This document shows, in pieces, positions 50,035 to 63,312 of a stretch of DNA of 64,000 nucleotides (its first letter is position 1; each line of letters begins with the position of its first letter). The notes beneath the pieces were generated by a model, which saw only the letters and a list, made by a program, of their open reading frames with translations, was not told where the DNA came from and ran no database searches. A program made the translations under genes and the position numbers. The DNA comes from Squalus acanthias (lineage: Eukaryota), in NCBI GenBank assembly GCA_030390025.1, contig CM059429.1:71114001-71178000 (forward strand), written 5' to 3'.

Positions 50035-51285
50035 CTGGTCCAGGTTACAGAGCTGGGCCTTGGTATACAGCAGGGCCTGGTTACAGAGCAGGGCCTGGTT
50101 GCAGAGCAGGATTAGTTATAGAGCAGGACTGGTTACAGAGCAGGGACTGGTTACAGAGCAGGGCCTGGGTACGGAGCAGGATTGGTTCCAGAGCAGGGCC
50201 TGGTTGCAGAGCAGGGCCTAGTTACAGAGCAGGGCCTGGTTATGGAGCAGGACCGGTTACAGAGCAGGGCCTGGTTACGGATAGGACCGGTTACAGAGCA
50301 GGGCCTGGTTACGGATAGGGCCTGGTTACAGAGCAGGTTTGGTTACAGAGCAGGTTTGGTTACAGAGCAGGGCCTTGTTATGGATAGGGCCTGGTTACAG
50401 AGCAGGTTTGGTTACAGAGCAGGTTTGGTTACAGAGCAGGTTTGGTTACAGAGCAGGGACTGGTTACAGAGCAGGGACTGGTTACAGAGCAGGGACTGGT
50501 TACAGAGCAGGTTTGGTTATAGAGTCGGACTGGTTATAGAGCAGGACTGGTTACAGAGCAGGGACTGGTTACAGAGCAGGTTTGGTTACAGAGCAGGTTT
50601 GGTTACAGAGCAGGGACTGGTTACAGAGCAGGTTTGGTTACAGAGCAGGACTGGTTACAGAGCAGGGACTGGTTACAGAGCAGGACTGGTTACAGAGCAG
50701 GTTTGGTTACAGAGCAGGTTTGGTTACAGAGCAGGTTTGGTTACAGAGCAGGGACTGGTTACAGAGCAGGTTTGGTTACAGAGCAGGTTTGGTTACAGAT
50801 CAGGATTGGTTACAGAGCAGGTTTGGTTACAGAGCAGGTTTGATTACAGAGCAGGTTTGGTTACAGATCAGGATTGGTTACAGAGCAGGTTTGGTTACAG
50901 AGCAGGTTTGATTACAGAGCAGGGACTGGTTACAGAGCAGGGACTGGTTACAGAGCAGGACTGGTTACAGAGCAGGGCCTGGTTACAGAGCAGGTTTGGT
51001 TACAGAGCAGGTTTGGTTACAGAGCAGGTTTGGTTACAGAGCAGGTTTGGTTACAGAGCAGGGACTGGTTACAGAGCAGGGACTGGTTACAGAGCAGGAC
51101 TGGTTACAGAGCAGGTTTGGTTACAGAGCAGGGCCTGGTTACAGAGCAGGGCCTGGTTACAGAGCAGGACTGGTTACAGAGCAGGTTTGGTTCCACAGCA
51201 GGGCCTGGTTACAGAGCAGGGCCTGGTTACAGAGCAGGGCCTGGTTACAGAGCAGGGCCTGGTTACAGAGCAGGACTGGTTACAA
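50035..51285 (+). repeat. 17/18-bp minisatellite
   Basis: Units tggttacagagcaggtt and tggttacagagcaggg(a/c)c. Confidence 0.95.
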
Positions 51286-53104
51286 AGGAGGTTGCACAGA
51301 ATGTAATATGAAACAAGAAGTTTCTTATTACTTTTTGTGCATCCTTTTAATTAAATAAATTCATTTTCTGCTACTCATCCTCTGTTGCTTCCATTACTCC
51401 AGATCAGTGAACATTCTCTGCCTAACTATTTATTCAACAAGATGTTTGATTTGATGTTGAAGAATGCGAGCTGGTTCTGTAACCCAATGCCAAGCAGATA
51501 TTGAAACCGACACATACTCAGCTTGTTACAGATCGCACTTCATGAGGCGATGAAAATCAAACCTCAGTTTCTGTTTCGAATGAAAGTTGTTGTTCCAGAC
51601 TGCTCTTGCTGTAACTTTGTTAACCAGTGAATTTTGGAACATCCCTTTTCAAACTGCCATTACAGATAGTGGCATTTCTGTTGGGGGATTGGGTGGAAAC
51701 CGAATTAAAAACGATGCATGATAAAAGTTGAAAGCTGGTGAAAATATGGGCCCTCGGAGTAAACGGAAGGGTCGCTTGGTAAATAAATCGCAGATATTTA
51801 TAAGGGGGCTTTCCCATATTGAAAGTCCAAGCAAACATCGGGTGGGAAAGGGACAGGATTGGGGTGTCCAAACAGCTGCCAGATGAAGCAAAGGACCACC
51901 TGGAATGGCATGACATTGAGTGACCCAGGGACTGTAGATATCTTAATGATTCTATTGCTGCCCTAACTATTTATCTGCTCTGAGATAATCCACAAAAATA
52001 AGTGGCGGTGTTTTATCGACCAGATCAATAGGAACACAATCTACCTGCACAACCTACTGTAAATGGCTAGTCAACCAGTAGAGGCAACCAAGTCATGCAC
52101 AGTCTGAGTCCCAAGGTTAGGTGTATCTTTGTACCTGCCACACAGCTCTAGCCTTTAGTCATAAGTTTGGAAGGTCGCTCCCTTTCCCACCTGCCCCCCC
52201 GTCCCACCCCCCCCACTCCCCGACCCCAGAACCTTGTGCGATACAGGGGGTCGATTTTGATATCTAAGAGCTGGTCACCCGTACCTGCAGCATACAACTT
52301 ACACATAGGCCTATATTTCCCCAGTATTAGCTGCTGTGGCTCGCACACATATTCAACCAGAAGGAAGAGGGCTTGGGGAGTGTTGGAGTTGGTTCTATGC
52401 CCCATCTTCTCTCCCGGGCTGCTTCAGGAATGTAGCCTTTTGCTATGGTGGAATGTCAGGATGGCTCAGACTTCAGGGTGCCATGGACTCCTTTCACAAT
52501 GCTAAGATCTTCCAGCCCGAGGAGCTGGCGAAGGCTCAGTCAAGTGCTGATGGCGTGAGGTGGAGCAGATTTGCTGGGGACTTAGGGCTACTTTACACCC
52601 CCAGAAGGGTTGGGTTGTCACAGACCTTTCATATATTCCGTTTGATGGAAAATATGCCGACTAACTATGGACTGACAGAAACATACGTGTGCTAAAACTG
52701 CAGGTAACTATCCAGAAATGAGGGTGAAACCTCAAAATGAACGGGAGTTGGAGGGTCCTCAGTAAGATACTACTCATGGCTTTTGGCAGCCTCCCAATCC
52801 TCATGCGTTGGAGTGGCTTATTCCTTTTTCAGCTTCTCCCAGGATGCTTACTGAGCTCGGGCCTACTTACTGAGGCTCTAGCAAGGCAGTTGTTCTTTGA
52901 AAAGGAGTGTGATGATTAGCTCACCATAGAAGCCCTCTTGTTTTTCCAGCAATGAGCTATTTAACACTAATTTCATGTTGGCTGCTGTGTAAAGGAGGCA
53001 GCTCTGGGACTGAGGGAGGTGGAGGAAGTCGGGGGGGGGGGTGTCCATTTCCAAATCAGAGATGGAATTAAGTCGACTTGGGTTGTCCTCCTCCAAAACA
53101 GCTT

Positions 53105-53608
53105 CTTGTTGTTGGACGTCAAGGCTTTGGAAAGGGTGCAGTGGAGATTCACCAGAATACCAGGGATGAGGGACTTCAGTTATGCGGAGAGACTAGAGAA
53201 GCTAGAAATGTTCTCCTTAGAGCAGAGAAAGTTAAGGGGAGATTTGATTGAAGTGTTCAAAATCATGAGGAATTTTGATAGAGTAAATAAGGAGAAACTG
53301 TTTTCACTGGCAAGAGGGTCGGTAACCAGAGGACGCAGATTTAAGATAATTGTCAAAGAGGGGAAATGAGGAGAATTTTTTTAAGCAGCGAGTTGTTATG
53401 ATCTGGAATGCACTGCCTGAAAGGTGGTGGAAGCAGATTCAATAGTAACTTTCAAAAGGGAATTGGATAAATACTTGAAAAGGAAAAATTTGCAGGGTTA
53501 CGGGGAAAGAGAGTGGGGAGTGGGACTAATTTGATTGCTCTTTCAAAGAGCCGGCACAAGCAAGATGGCCTAAATGGCCTCCTTCTGTGCTGTATGATTC
53601 TATGATTT
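53105..53608 (+). mobile_element. CR1 3' fragment
   Basis: DVKALERVQWRFTRIPG...GDLIEVFKIM. Tail tatgattctatgatt. Confidence 0.8.
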
Positions 53609-53786
53609 GTTGCTTGATCACGGGGTGGAATTTGATGATGGCCATGGAACAATTTACAACCAAACCTGCCTCGCCCTCCAACTGGCCCTGGGTGATCTGG
53701 TTTCAACCAGAGGAAATACAGAATTGGCAGAAAAAAAAGAAAATGAATGAATCCTTGTCTCATGTGAGATTTCCTTTCTCTCCCAG

Positions 53787-53952
53787 GGCGATGTTTTGTA
53801 ATGACCTTAAAGAAAAGCATGAAGAAAAGATAGTGATTAAAGGGGTCGATGCCGATACCATGCAGACCTTATTGGACTATACCTACACCAGCAAAGTCTA
53901 CATCACCAGACAGAATGTCCAGAGGATCCTGGAGGCAGCCAGTCTCTTTCAG
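53787..53952 (+). CDS. KLHL6: KLHL6 second coding exon (166 nt; BTB)
   Basis: Encodes [55 protein letters not shown]. Acceptor ttcctttctctcccAG and donor CAG|GTTAGT. In frame with exon 1. Confidence 0.93.
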
Positions 53953-56339
53953 GTTAGTAACAACAAAACCTTCTGCTACGGGGCAGTTTTCATCTTTGTT
54001 ATGCCGCCGCACATAGAGACAGATGTGGCGCAAAAGGGCATTAAATTGCGGGGCGGTTGGGGGGGGGGCGGAATTGATTCCATATCGATTGCTGCCTATT
54101 TCCTGGTTGGGTCTTGGGGGACGTGGCGGGGGAGGGGGTAGAGGTGGTGGAAACTCCCATCCACAGCGGACTGGACCTTCATTTGCATATTAAAATGAGG
54201 ATGGGAACGCCCATTTTCCAGAATGAGGATGTGCGGGATGCCAATTACAATCTGCACCCATGAAACCTGGCGCCCAGGAAAGCTAGGGACGGATAGCTCA
54301 GGAGTTTCCTTTATGGGGCACGGAACGCAATGGTATGCATTTCTGGGCCTTTACTTGGTAGTTTTCCCCCCCATTGTTCTATTCTTCCTACTGCCACTTA
54401 GGCTTTCATGAGCCTATGTGCCAGTTGTTCTTAATTAATATATATTTTATTTGCCCGCAGCAAATTACTGCAAATTATGGGTTTCCTAATGGGAATTCTC
54501 CGAGGTGAGTTTATAAAAGAAGCGGATGACCTACAGAGGGATACCAGGCGGGTTAGGCTGCCCGAGAGGTGCTCCATGCACTCCCGCTGGCACCCGTACA
54601 CCCACATCTGGAAACAGAGGTGGAATTAGCTCACTTTGGCAGATCCAATGCTGCTGAAGGCTCCTCCTCTCAAAGGAAGCTGTGACAGCAGATCCCGGGT
54701 GGCATCACTAAGATGTGTGAATGACTGGCTAACCGTTGTCCTACGTGGTTCTCCAGAAGCACTCCAATCACAGCAGGTCGTGCTCTACCTCGTACTATAT
54801 GACCAAAACCCATGCCGAGGTAATCTACAGCCATGTTAGCAGCTGCCAAGATGGCGCCAACCACCTCTGCAGACCCTGGAACACCTTCCTGGCAAAGAGC
54901 ACAGGGATAAGTCTTCTGAGGGTCTGAGTCAGCAAAGAAACGGTTGCCGAGCTGTGTCATTCGCTGTAAGGAAACCTGCAGCTACCATTGCAACGTAGGG
55001 CCTGTACATGTGCAGAAGCAGTAACGGTCTCAAACTTAGCTGCATCTCTTTGCAGGCCTGCTGCAATGCTGACCTATGGAGATAGTACTGTGGCGTGGCA
55101 CGGAGGGTCACCTTCCTTGCAAGCAGCTCCTGTAGCACCGCCTCAACTTTAGCAGCCATCAAACAGGAGCTCGGCTGATGGGCTGCTCCGTCTCTTGTTG
55201 GCAGACATGTGCCTGCCTCTACGGTTCCCTTCAGTTTGGCCTGTCGTGGCTCGATCCCCTGCCCCTCCAGCCTTGACAAAGACTGATCATGAGTTTGGAT
55301 CCCTTTCTGACAGTCTCCTAAAGCTTTCTGATTTTTCTTACCCACTTTTAATTGGCTCATTCCCTTAAGATGGACGCATGCAATTTTTCTCATCCACCAC
55401 CAGTTTGAGGTCGCATCTGGTGTTGTGAATAACTATGCAAATAAGCTTTACACCAGAAAATTGAACGCTGTTTGCACTTGAGCTCTCAGGGGGAATTTGC
55501 AGAAGTTATTAATCATTTAGAACTAACTTACACCTGTAGACTAAAATCGGCCAAAGGTATCTAAAAGGCTCAGCTCTCATTCAACTACCTAGGGACAGCT
55601 CCACTGGCCAGTAAAGATGCTCTGAAACAGCAGGAAATGCCTTTATTCTAATCCTACAGATCTGAGATACAAGCCAACCCATTTGACTTAAATAGCTGAT
55701 GGCTAACCGTGGAGTGCAACAATTGATTGTCATCGGCAACTCTATGAATGCCGATCAGGGTTGAGGTGGCACAGACTGTTGGAGGTCTGACGTGTTGTTC
55801 TTGGTGAGTGACTGGAGAGCACACTGGTGATCACTCCCCACCCACTCCGCACCCCCCAACAGGCAGTCACTGACTCCAATGTTACAGGGAAATATTTTTT
55901 GTTTACACATGATTGAATCCAGCACACGGAATCTTTGACACAGACTGAAGTATTTGCATCAAACCACAAACTGTGCATCGCTTCTCTGAATGGGGAAAGA
56001 TAAAACATATTACAGAATGATAAACATCTCAACTTCCCCCTTCGCGTACTTGCAGTCACTCTGATTTTGGTTTGAAACTGTTCCACAGGCTTCAGCCGCC
56101 TCACATTTCCCTGAAGTTGGCGGCACCGCCACTGAATAAGCAGGGCGTCTGGATCCACAGCTCTCTGGGGGTGGCAACTTGTTTGTTGTTGATCTGTCGT
56201 CTGTGCTTTGCGGCTGGTATCCCCTGATGGTTTGAACACACACACATGTCCAGATAAGTCTGTAAACAGCAGGATAGTGTGGTTTTCACACCAGTGCACT
56301 TTGTTGCCTCTGCAGTAACTTTCTTACACTGAAACCTCC

Positions 56340-58403
56340 ACAGAATCTACAGCACAGAATCAGGCCATTCGGCCCAACTGGCCTGGGCCAGTGTTTATTC
56401 TCTACACGAGCCCTAATTACCTCTTCCTATATCTGCCTCCATGTCACTCAATTCCCTTCTCCCTCATGTATGCATCCCCTTAAATGTATCTGCTTCAACC
56501 ACTCCATGTGGCAGCGAGTTGCACATTCTCACCACTCTCTGTGTAAAGAAATACCTCTTAAATTCTTTATTTGATCTGTTAGCAGCTATTCTTTATTTAT
56601 GCCTCCTTAGACACACCCACAGTGGCACCAGTTTCTCCACACTCACCCTATCCAACTCCGTAATAATTTTCAAGACCTCTCTCTGGTCTCCTTTTAGTTT
56701 TCTCTTCTCCAGAGAAAAGAGCTCTAGCCTGCTTAATCTTTCCTGATAGTTGCATCCTCTCAATTCTGTAATATCCTTGTAAATCTTTTCTGCACTTTCT
56801 CCAGTGCTTCAATAATCTTTTTGTAGTATGGAGTCTGGAACTGCACACAGTACTCCAAGTGTAGTCTAACCAAGGTTCTATATAAATGTAACGTTACCTC
56901 CCTCTTTATTCATCCTACCAAAATGAACCACCTCACACTTCACTATGTTAAATTTCATTTGCCATTTATCCACCCACTCTGCAAGCCTGTTTATGTCTTC
57001 CTGCATTTAGGTGCAGTCCTCCACATTATTAGCTATACCCCCCAATTTGGTGTCATCTGCAAATTTTTACACCATACCTTCAGTTTCTGAGTCCAAATCA
57101 TTTGTGCACCTGGTGAACAATAATGGCCCCAGCACGGATCCCTTTTCATTTTCTACCAGTCTGATAAACTTCCCTTAACTCCTACGCTCGGTTTTCTGTG
57201 TTGCAGCCATCTTTCAATCCATTCTGCTACATGACCTTTGACTTCACACACCCTGACCTTTGTCATGAGTCTGTTATGTGGCATCTTATCCACGGCATTC
57301 TGAGAATCCATGTATACCACATCCACTGCATTGCCCTTGTCTAATCTTTCTGTTGTTTCTTCAAACAATTCAGTAAGATTGGTTAAACATGAAACTCCTT
57401 TCAGAAATTCATGCTGATTATTTTTATTATATTCTCTGTCTCTCGATGTTTTGCTATTTCATCTTTTAGTGGTGGGTATCTTTCCTAATACTGGTGTTAA
57501 GCTAACTGGTCAATAGTTACCTGGATTAGTTCTATCTCCCTTTTTGAAGATAAGAATTACATTTGCTATTTGCCAGTCCTCTGGCACTATTCCTTTTTCT
57601 GTTGAATTTTCATACAGTATATGGATACTAATGCCTCTGCTATCTCCTCCCTAGTCTCTTTGATTATCAGCAGGTGCAGTCCAACTGGACTCAATGTCTT
57701 GCCCTCCTTATGTTTGTCTAGCTTATCCTTCCTTTCTATCTTAACTGTTGTAATAACCCTCTTGACTTCTATTGTTGTCATTTCCTCTTTGTTAGCTTCG
57801 TCAGTGAAAACTGAGGTAAAGTATCTATTCAGTATCCCTGCCACTTCAATGTTGTCTCCTGTGAGCTTATCTCGCTCATCCTTTAGTGGTCCTAGCCCTA
57901 TCTTAATTCTCCTTTTGTTACTCATGTGCCTATAGAATACTTTACTCTTCCTTTTTATATTCGTTGGTATTTCCATTTCATATTTCCTCTTTATCTTTTT
58001 AATCTCTTTCCTAAACTCATCATATTCTCTTTTGTCATCCTCTCCTTTGTTGTTTCTGCACTTTGCCGTATGCCATTTTCTTTAGATTCAATTTTATCCT
58101 CACTTAATTATTAATTCATGGCATCGCATTCTAGGCAAGTTTGTTCTTATTTTTTAGTGGAAAATATTTATCCTAAACTCCACTGATCGCTCCTTTTTTC
58201 CAATCTATTACTTTGGCCTTTGTACTATTTTATATCTTTCTGAAACATTATCTTAAACATTATTATCTTGTGATCACTACTCCAAAAAATGTTCTCACAC
58301 ACTTTCTTCTCTTATCTGATCTGGTTCATTTCCCATCACTAGGCTGAGCAGTGCTTCCTCTCTTGTTGGGTTTCTTACATATTGGGTCAGAGTCTTGTAC
58401 AGA
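56340..58403 (-). mobile_element. Old degenerate CR1 LINE; appears to continue at ~60717-60830 beyond the younger insertion
   Basis: ORFs 57153-57368 and 57587-57976 resemble CR1 ORF2. 3' end at ~56340. Confidence 0.8.
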
Positions 58404-58409
58404 ATGTAA

Positions 58410-60713
58410 GGAGACTATGATGGCATGAGAGCAGAATTGATTAAAGTGGACTGGGAAAATAGATTAAAGGGTAAGACAGTACATGAGCAGTGGTGTTCAT
58501 TCAAGGAGTTATTTTACAACTTTCAAAATAAATATATTCCACTGAGGAAAAAAGGGTGTAAAAGAAATGACAGCCATCCATGGCTAAGTAAAGAAATTAA
58601 GGATAGTATCCAACTAAAAGCAAGGACATATAAGGTAGCCAAAGTTAGTGGGAGGATAGAAGATTGGGAAGTCTTCAAAAGACAACAAAAAGTAACTAAA
58701 GGATTGATTAAGAAAGGGAAAATAGACTTTGAAAATAAATTAGCAAAAAATATAAAAACAGATAGCAAGAGTTTCTATAGTTATATAAAAAGAAAAAGGG
58801 TGGTTAAGGCAAACGTAGGTCCCTTAGAGGATGAGACTGGGAAATTAATGATGGGAAACATGGAGATGGCAAAAATGCTGAACAAATATTTTGTTTCAGT
58901 CTTTACGGTAGAGGACACTAAGAATATCCCAACACTGGACAAACAGGGGGCTCTAGTGGGGGAGGAGCTAAATACGATTAAAATCACTAAGGAATTGGTA
59001 CTCAGTAAAATAATGGGACTCAAGGCAGATAAATCCCCTGGACCTGATGGCTTACATCCTAGGGTCTTGAGGGAAGTGGCAGTAGGAATTGTGGATGCTT
59101 TGGTAATAATTTTCCAAAACTCCCTGAACTCAGCAAAGGTCCCGGCAGATTGGAAAACTGCTAATGTAACACCCTTATTTAAAAAGGGTAGTAGGCAGAA
59201 GGCTGGAAATTATAGACCAGTTAGCCTAACATCTGTGGTGGGTAAAATTTTGTAGTCTATTATTAAGGAGACAGTAACGGAACATTTAGATAAACATAAT
59301 TTAATAGGACAAAGTCAGCATGGCTTTATGAAGGGGAAGTCATGTCTGACAAATTTGCTCGAGTTCTTTGAGGACATAACGTACAGGGTGGATAAAGGGG
59401 AACCAGTGGATGTAGTGTATTTAGACTTCCAGAAGACATTCGACAAGGTGCCACATAAAAGATTATTACTCAAGATAAAAAATCACTGGATTGGGGGTAA
59501 TATTCTGGCATGGTGGAGGATTGGTTATCTAACAGGAAGCAGAGAGTTGGGATAAATGGTTCATTCTCGGACTGGCAACCAGTAGCCAGTGGTGTTCCGC
59601 AGGGGTCGGTGCTGGGTCCCCAACTCTTTACAATCTATATTAATGATTTGGAGGAGGGGACCGAGTGTAACACATCAAAGTTTGCAGATGATACAAAGAT
59701 GGGAGGGAAAGTAGAGAGTGAGGAGGACATAAAAAACCTACAAGGGGATATAGACAGGCTGGGTGAGTGGGCAGAGATTTGGCAGATGCAATACAATATT
59801 GGAAAATGTGAGGTTATGCACTTTGGCAGGAAAAATCAGAGAGCAAGTTATTATCTTAATGGCGAGAAACTGGAAAGTACTGCAGTACAAAGGGATCTGG
59901 GGGTCTTGGTGCAAGAAAATCAAAAAGTTAGTATGCAGCTGCAGCAGGTGATCAAGAAAGCCAATGGAATGTTGGCTTTTATTGCTAGGGGGATAGAATA
60001 TAAAAACAGGGAGGTATTGCTGCAGTTGTATAGGGTATTGGTGAGACCGCACCTGGAGTACTGCATACAGTTTTGGTGTCCATACTTAAGAAAAGATATA
60101 CTTGCTCTCGAGGCAGTACAAAGAAGGTTCACTCGGTTAATTCCGGGGATGAGGGGGTGGACATACGAGGAGAGGTTGAGTAGATTGGGACTCTACTTAT
60201 TGGAGTTCAGAAGAATGAGAGGCGATCTTATTGAAACATATAAGATTGTGAAGGGGCTTGATCGGGTGGACGCGGTGAGGATGTTCCCAATGATGGGTGA
60301 AACTAGAACTAGGGGACATAATCTTAGAATAAGGGGCTCCTCTTTCAAAACTGAGATGAGGAGAAACTTTTTCACTCAGAGGGTAGTGGGTCTGTGGAAT
60401 TTGCTACCCCAGGAAGCTGTGGAAGCTACTTCATTAAATAAATTTAAAACAGAAATAGACCGTTTCCTAGAAGTAAAGGGAATCAGGGGTTACGGGGAGC
60501 GGGCAGGAAATTGGACATGAGTTTGAGTTCGGATCGGTCAAGGCCCTATGGGTGGCGGAGCGGGCCCAGGGGCCGAGTGGCCTGGTCCTGCTCCTACTTC
60601 TTGTGTTCTTTAGAGTTGAGGTTGGATCAGATCAGCCATGATCTCATTGAATGGCGGAGCAGGCTCGAGGGGCCGATTGGTCTACTCCTGCTCCTATTTC
60701 TTATGTTCTTATG
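58410..60713 (+). mobile_element. Younger CR1 LINE (same subfamily as 29130-31853) with a duplicated 3' end
   Basis: ORFs 58425-59255, 59328-59555 and 59510-60520. ATGTAA at both junctions (58404-58409 and 60711-60716). Confidence 0.92.
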
Positions 60714-60864
60714 TAAAAACTGCATCCCCTACTCCTCGCTCCTGCAGCACCTTCCTTGTTTATGATGTTATTTGTGTGACGTTTATGTTCAAAGCAAAGG
60801 AGATTAACCGTGGGCAATAGAGCACTTTCCATTCCATGGATCCAGTGAGCATTAAACATAGTCA

Positions 60865-61628
60865 GTACAGCACAGAGTAAAGCTCCTTCCACATGGTCCC
60901 ACCAAACACTCCCAGGTCAGGTACAGTACGGGTTAGATACAGAGTAAAGCTCCTTCCACATGGTCCCACCAAACACTCCCAGGTCAGGTACAGCACGGGT
61001 TAGATACAGACTAAAGCTCCTTCCACCTGGTCCCATCAAACACTCCCAGGTCAGGTACAGCACGGATTAGATACAGAGTAAAGCTCCTTCCACATGGTCC
61101 CATCAAACACTCCCAGGTCAGGTACAGCACGGGTTAGATACAGACTAAAGCTCCTTCCACCTGGTCCCACCAAACACTCCCAGGTCAGGTACAGCACGGG
61201 TTAGATACAGACTAAAGCTCCTTCCACCTGGTCCCATCAAACACTCCCAGGTCAGGTACAGCACGGATTAGATACAGAGTAAAGCTCCTTCCACATGGTC
61301 CCATCAAACACTCCCAGGTCAGGTACAGCACGGGTTAGATACAGACTAAAGCTCCCTCTACACTGTCCCATCAAACACTCCCAGGGCAGGTACAACACTG
61401 GTTAGATATAGAGTAAAGCTCCATCTACACTGTCCCATCAAACACTCCCAGGGCAGGTACAGCAAGGGTTGGATACAGAGTGAAGGTCCCTCTACACTAT
61501 TTCACCAAGCATTTCCAATTCAAATATAGCATGGGTTAGCTGCAGAATAAAGCTTCCTTAACACAGTCCCACAAAACAATTCCAGGACAGCTACAGTAAG
61601 GGTTTTGAGTAAAGCTCCCTCTGTACGA
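60865..61628 (-). repeat. 67-bp tandem repeat (reverse complement of the 41151-42025 family), ~11 copies
   Basis: agagtaaagctcc...cccatcaaacactcccagg...ggtacagcacgggttagatac at 67-bp spacing (60941, 61008 and onward). Confidence 0.92.
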
Positions 61629-61629
61629 T

Positions 61630-61900
61630 TTTATCAATGTGGAAAAGAGTTAACCTTAGAAGAACACACTCGACTACACTAGTGTGACATTTTTCCATTT
61701 CAGTTTCTGAGTGAGATTGCTCATTAGTGCTGAGTAGGGATAGATTTGCATGTGGCTCCCTGCCTGCTAGATATTGGATTGAGACTGCCCGAACCTTTTT
61801 CACATAGAACCTTTACAGCCAGCAAACAGAGGAGACTTTCATCCCATTAGCCTGGACTCCCAGAGGCCAGTGTGTAACTCGCTGCACCATTAGACCTGGC
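61630..61900 (-). mobile_element. Degenerate LF-SINE-like SINE head and body
   Basis: The - strand reads tggtgcagcgagttacacactggcctctgggagtcc...ctatgtgaaaaaggttcgggcagtctcaatccaatatctagcagg...gcactaatgagcaatctcactcaga and runs into the 67-bp array. Confidence 0.5.
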
Positions 61901-62004
61901 ATCCTTTTTTCACATTGATTGTGCTGTTCTCCAGGGAGTGCAGCCAGAGCCCCCTACACTGACCTGTAGTAGTGCTTGGCAACTGCCTTTTGCTTGCCTA
62001 CTGT

Positions 62005-62492
62005 AAGAACACGGAGAATTATACAATTTATAGCACAGGAGACTGTTCAGCCCATTGTGCCAGTGCTTCAGCTGTCTGCTCCAATCTCCTTTCCCTGTAT
62101 CTTTTTTATATTCTTCCTTTACAAATATTTATCCAATTCCATTTTAACTGGTGTTGTAAGCTGTGCCTCAATAGCCACTTGTGGTAAAGTTTCCCATATT
62201 TTAATAAATCTCCATATGAAAAGATTTCATCTAACATCCCCCTCACTCTATGCCCCTTTGTTACCGATTTGCAAACCAGTGGAAACAATCTCAAATAATT
62301 ATTCTCTCATAACTGTTCATATTTTTGAAAACTGCTGTTAGATCCTCCTTAACCTTCTCTGTTCAGTGAAAAGGAACAGCTTTCAAGCTCATGCCCATAA
62401 CTACAACCTCTCATTACTGATATCGTTCTACTGAATCTTCACTGGCTCCAATGTTCTTCCTATAACGAGGAGCTCAGAACAGCACACAATTC
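62005..62492 (-). mobile_element. Old CR1 3' fragment
   Basis: RLFPLVCKSVTKGH. Tail-like 3' end at ~62010-62060. Confidence 0.6.
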
Positions 62493-62509
62493 AACTGTGG
62501 CCCGTGAGA

Positions 62510-63312
62510 AACAAAAGAAAGAATTTGCATTTACATAGCACCTTTCGCATCCTCAGGATGTCTGAAAGCTCTTTACAGCCAATTAAATACTTTAAGTGTT
62601 TGTAATGTAGGGAATGTAGGGAAACGCAGCAGCCAATTTGCGCACAGCAAGCTCCCACAAACAGCAATAAGATAATGACCAGATAATCTGTTTTAGTGAT
62701 GTTGGTTGAGGGATAAATATTAGTTAGGACACTGGGGTGAACTCCCCTGCTCTTCTTCAAATAGTGGCCATGGGATCTTTTACATCCACTTGAGAGAGGA
62801 GTTGGATCCTCGGTTTAACGTCTCATCTGAAAGATGGCAGCTCCGAATGTGCAGCACTCCATCAGTACTGCACTGGAGTGTCAGCCTAGCCGCTGGAGTG
62901 GGACTTGAACCCACAACCTTCTAATCCAGAGTCATTGAACCAAGGCTAACATTTAAAATGTAGTCACTGTCATTTTGTAGGTGAATGTGACAGCCAATTT
63001 GTGCACAGCAAGGTCCCACACACAACAATGAGGGAAATGACCGATTAATCTGGTTTTTTGGTGGTGTGGGTTGAGAGATAAACACTTGTCAGGACCCTTC
63101 TTCATAAAAGTGATCTTTAATGGCCACCTGAGAGGGCAGACTGGGCCTCGGTTTAATATCTTATCTGAAAGACGGCACCTCCGACAGTGCGGCACTCCCT
63201 CTGTACTGGACTGGAATGTCGGCCTAGATTTATTTGCTCAAGTCCTGGAGTGGGGCTTGAACCCACTACCTTCTGACTCGGGCAACAGTGCCAGCAATGA
63301 GCCAAGCTGACA
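62510..63312 (-). mobile_element. Two tandem tRNA-derived SINEs (62510-62950 and 62955-63312)
   Basis: Reverse complements of the 15085/38008 SINE. B boxes gggacttgaaccc and gggcttgaaccc. Confidence 0.8.

Noticed and set aside
50182-51358. Repetitive ORFs (GLVTEQ/WLQSR, up to 374 aa)
   Set aside because: They are translations of a 17/18-bp minisatellite, with frame swapping at each 17-bp unit.
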